The translations under genes were made by a program, and so were the position numbers. DNA of 36,074 nt, taken from the NCBI GenBank assembly GCA_039208735.1, contig JBCCQY010000092.1, forward strand, positions 1 through 36,074, read 5' to 3'. Source of the stretch: Myxococcota bacterium (GTDB lineage Bacteria > Myxococcota_A > UBA796 > GCA-2862545). The notes beneath the pieces were generated by a model. That model did not search any database and had not been told where the DNA came from. It saw nothing but the letters and a program-made list of their open reading frames with translations. Positions 34,249 to 36,074 of the stretch are shown here, piece after piece (positions within the stretch are counted from its first letter, which is position 1; each line of letters begins with the position of its first letter).

Positions 34249-35697
34249 ATGCCACGGGCTGTGCCATCCTGGAGCTGGCGTCCGCATCTCGCCGGTGCCG
34301 CTTCCGACCCGTTGTTCCTCCGCCTTGTGGCCGCGGTGGTCGCCGATGTGCGGAGTGGCCGGTTGGAACCTGGCCAAGCCTTGCCAGGAACCCGGTCTGT
34401 GGCGCGAGACCTTGGCATCAACCGCAACACGGTGGTCGCCGCATGGCGGGAACTCACCTCGCAGGGCTGGATCGAAGCCCGACCCGGCGGGCACACCCGG
34501 GTCGCGCCCGTGCCGGCGAGCCTCGAACCCGTCACGCGACGCGCGGCGCAGGCGGGCTTTGACGCGCCGACGCGGCCCCGGCTGGACTACGGGCCACATT
34601 GGGGACCATCGGTGTTGCCGCTGTCGGGCGGGCGTCCCGACCTTAGCCATCTGCCCGTCCGCGAACTCGCGCGAGCCTGGCGCTCGGCGGTCGACCATAC
34701 CCGGGGACGCATCCTCGGCTATGGCGATCCCCAGGGTCATCCTCGACTGCGAGCCGCACTCACATCCTGGCTCGCCGCGGAGCGAGGGCTTCGGATCGAG
34801 GCGAACGACCTTTTGGTCACCCGCGGTTCCCAACAAGCGTTCGATCTGGTGGCGCGAGCGCTGTTTCGGCCTGGAGACCGGGTTGGCGTCGAAGAGTACG
34901 GGTATCCGCTCGCCTGGGCGGCCTTTACGCAGGCCGGCGCCGAGCTGGTGCCGTTGACCGTCGATGACCAGGGGCTTTGCCTCGACAGTCTAGACCAAGC
35001 CCTTGCCGCAGGCCCGTTGCGTGCGATCTACCTCACCCCGCACCACCAGTACCCGACCATGGTGACGCTTCCCGTGTCGCGGCGGCTTGCCGTACTGGAC
35101 CGGGCGCGCGCCCATCGGTTTGCCGTACTCGAGGACGACTACGACAATGAATTCCACTTTGAAGGCCGCCCAGTGCCTCCGATGGCCACCCTCGACGATG
35201 CGGGTGTCGTCATCTACATCTCGACCCTCTCCAAGACGCTCGCCCCAGGTCTGCGGGTAGGACTGATCACCGCGGCCCCGCCAGTGCCCGAGCACCTCGT
35301 CCAGTTGCGGGTCGTCGCGGACCGCCAGGGCGACTTAGCGACCGAGTATGCCCTCGCCATGCTCGTCGAGGACGGAACACTCCCTCGGCATTTGCGACGC
35401 ATGCGGCGGTTGTATGCGAGCCGCCAGCAGCACCTGGTGACAGAATTGCGGACGCATCTGAGCGAACGGCTGGCGTTCGAGGTGCCGTCCGGAGGTCTCG
35501 CCCTGTGGGCACGAGACCGAAACGACGACGCTGATGCCTGGGTCGCACGGGGAGAGGAGCTGGGGGTCGGTGTCGAAACGGGGCGACGATTTCACCGGTC
35601 GAGGGCCGCGTCGCCCTGGCTTCGCCTCGGGTTTGCCTCGCTCGATTCGTCCCAGCTTACCGAAGCCGTACAGCGCCTTGAGCGAGCGAGTCAGTAG
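34249..35697 (+). CDS. MocR/GabR-family regulator (GntR HTH plus PLP-dependent aminotransferase-like domain)
   Basis: GRLEPGQALPGTRSVARDLGINRNTVVAAWREL; YGDPQG, TRGSQQA, TPHHQYPT, EDDYD, PLP Lys in STLSKTLAPGLRVG. Start is uncertain (34222-34249). Confidence 0.93.
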   Translation: MPRAVPSWSWRPHLAGAASDPLFLRLVAAVVADVRSGRLEPGQALPGTRSVARDLGINRNTVVAAWRELTSQGWIEARPGGHTRVAPVPASLEPVTRRAAQAGFDAPTRPRLDYGPHWGPSVLPLSGGRPDLSHLPVRELARAWRSAVDHTRGRILGYGDPQGHPRLRAALTSWLAAERGLRIEANDLLVTRGSQQAFDLVARALFRPGDRVGVEEYGYPLAWAAFTQAGAELVPLTVDDQGLCLDSLDQALAAGPLRAIYLTPHHQYPTMVTLPVSRRLAVLDRARAHRFAVLEDDYDNEFHFEGRPVPPMATLDDAGVVIYISTLSKTLAPGLRVGLITAAPPVPEHLVQLRVVADRQGDLATEYALAMLVEDGTLPRHLRRMRRLYASRQQHLVTELRTHLSERLAFEVPSGGLALWARDRNDDADAWVARGEELGVGVETGRRFHRSRAASPWLRLGFASLDSSQLTEAVQRLERASQ

Positions 35698-36074
35698 CGC
35701 GGCAGGCTCGGATCGATCTGCTCGGCCCAGGCCACCACACCGCCTTCCAGGTCCGTCACCCGTTTGAACCCTCGTTCCGTCAGCCACTTCGCCGCCTTCG
35801 CCGAGCGCACGCCGCTCTTGCAAGCCACCACGATGTCTCGATCTCGGGGCAACGTGTCCACGATGGCGGCCAGGTCATCGTGCGGCTGCAACTGGTCGAC
35901 CATCGGCAACGACACGATGGCCGCTTCGTGAGGTTGGCGCACATCCAACACAAACGGACGCCACCCTTCGTCCCACCGACGCTTGAACGTCGCCACGTCG
36001 ACCCGTGCCCAGGCCACCTCCACGGGCGCATCGAGTGTTGTGGGCCGTGGCACTCCACAGAACTGGTCGTAGTC
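35691..36074 (-). CDS. moeB: 3' end of MoeB/MoeZ-type adenylyltransferase-rhodanese fusion (partial)
   Basis: Frame is open from the window end: DYDQFCG linker, then rhodanese domain LDVRQPHE, CKSGVRSA, LEGGVVAW and the characteristic C-terminus IDPSLPRY. Confidence 0.88.
   Translation of the reverse strand, partial: DYDQFCGVPRPTTLDAPVEVAWARVDVATFKRRWDEGWRPFVLDVRQPHEAAIVSLPMVDQLQPHDDLAAIVDTLPRDRDIVVACKSGVRSAKAAKWLTERGFKRVTDLEGGVVAWAEQIDPSLPRY

Noticed and set aside
1..36074. rRNA, tRNA, CRISPR arrays, transposases, integrases, phage or defence genes
   Set aside because: None recognised; intergenic gaps are all short and no spaced direct-repeat array was seen by eye.

Overview
GC-rich, gene-dense bacterial window with about 28 plausible CDSs. 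The many lipoproteins, a caspase-fold protein and a TonB receptor suggest a diderm, possibly Myxococcota-like organism (inference only). The centre (about 7.9-24.0 kb) is a complete-looking beta-1,3-glucan (laminarin/curdlan/paramylon-type) utilisation locus. On the minus strand a ROK repressor leads nine tightly coupled genes: a 1036-aa clan GH-A TIM-barrel fused to a predicted large outer-membrane beta-barrel, two uncharacterised lipoproteins (one CBM-like), GH16, GH30, two GH17, a GH149 beta-1,3-glucan phosphorylase and a third, exported GH17. A GPH-family MFS sugar transporter is transcribed divergently, with two copies of a candidate ROK operator between them. The locus has no SusC/SusD or TonB receptor, so the enzyme-barrel fusion plus lipoproteins is the best candidate for an undescribed uptake system. 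Left flank: FadI-like thiolase interrupted by one in-frame TAG, orphan histidine kinase, lipase-like lipoprotein, GH5 lipoprotein and an MDR oxidoreductase. Right flank: a three-gene cluster ending in a secreted pseudo-caspase (His/Cys replaced by Tyr/Ser), phoD plus a TonB receptor, an FMN-binding/GNAT fusion divergent from a MocR regulator, and the 3' end of moeB. I saw no rRNA, tRNA, CRISPR array or mobile element. All family calls come from motif recognition by eye, not database searches.
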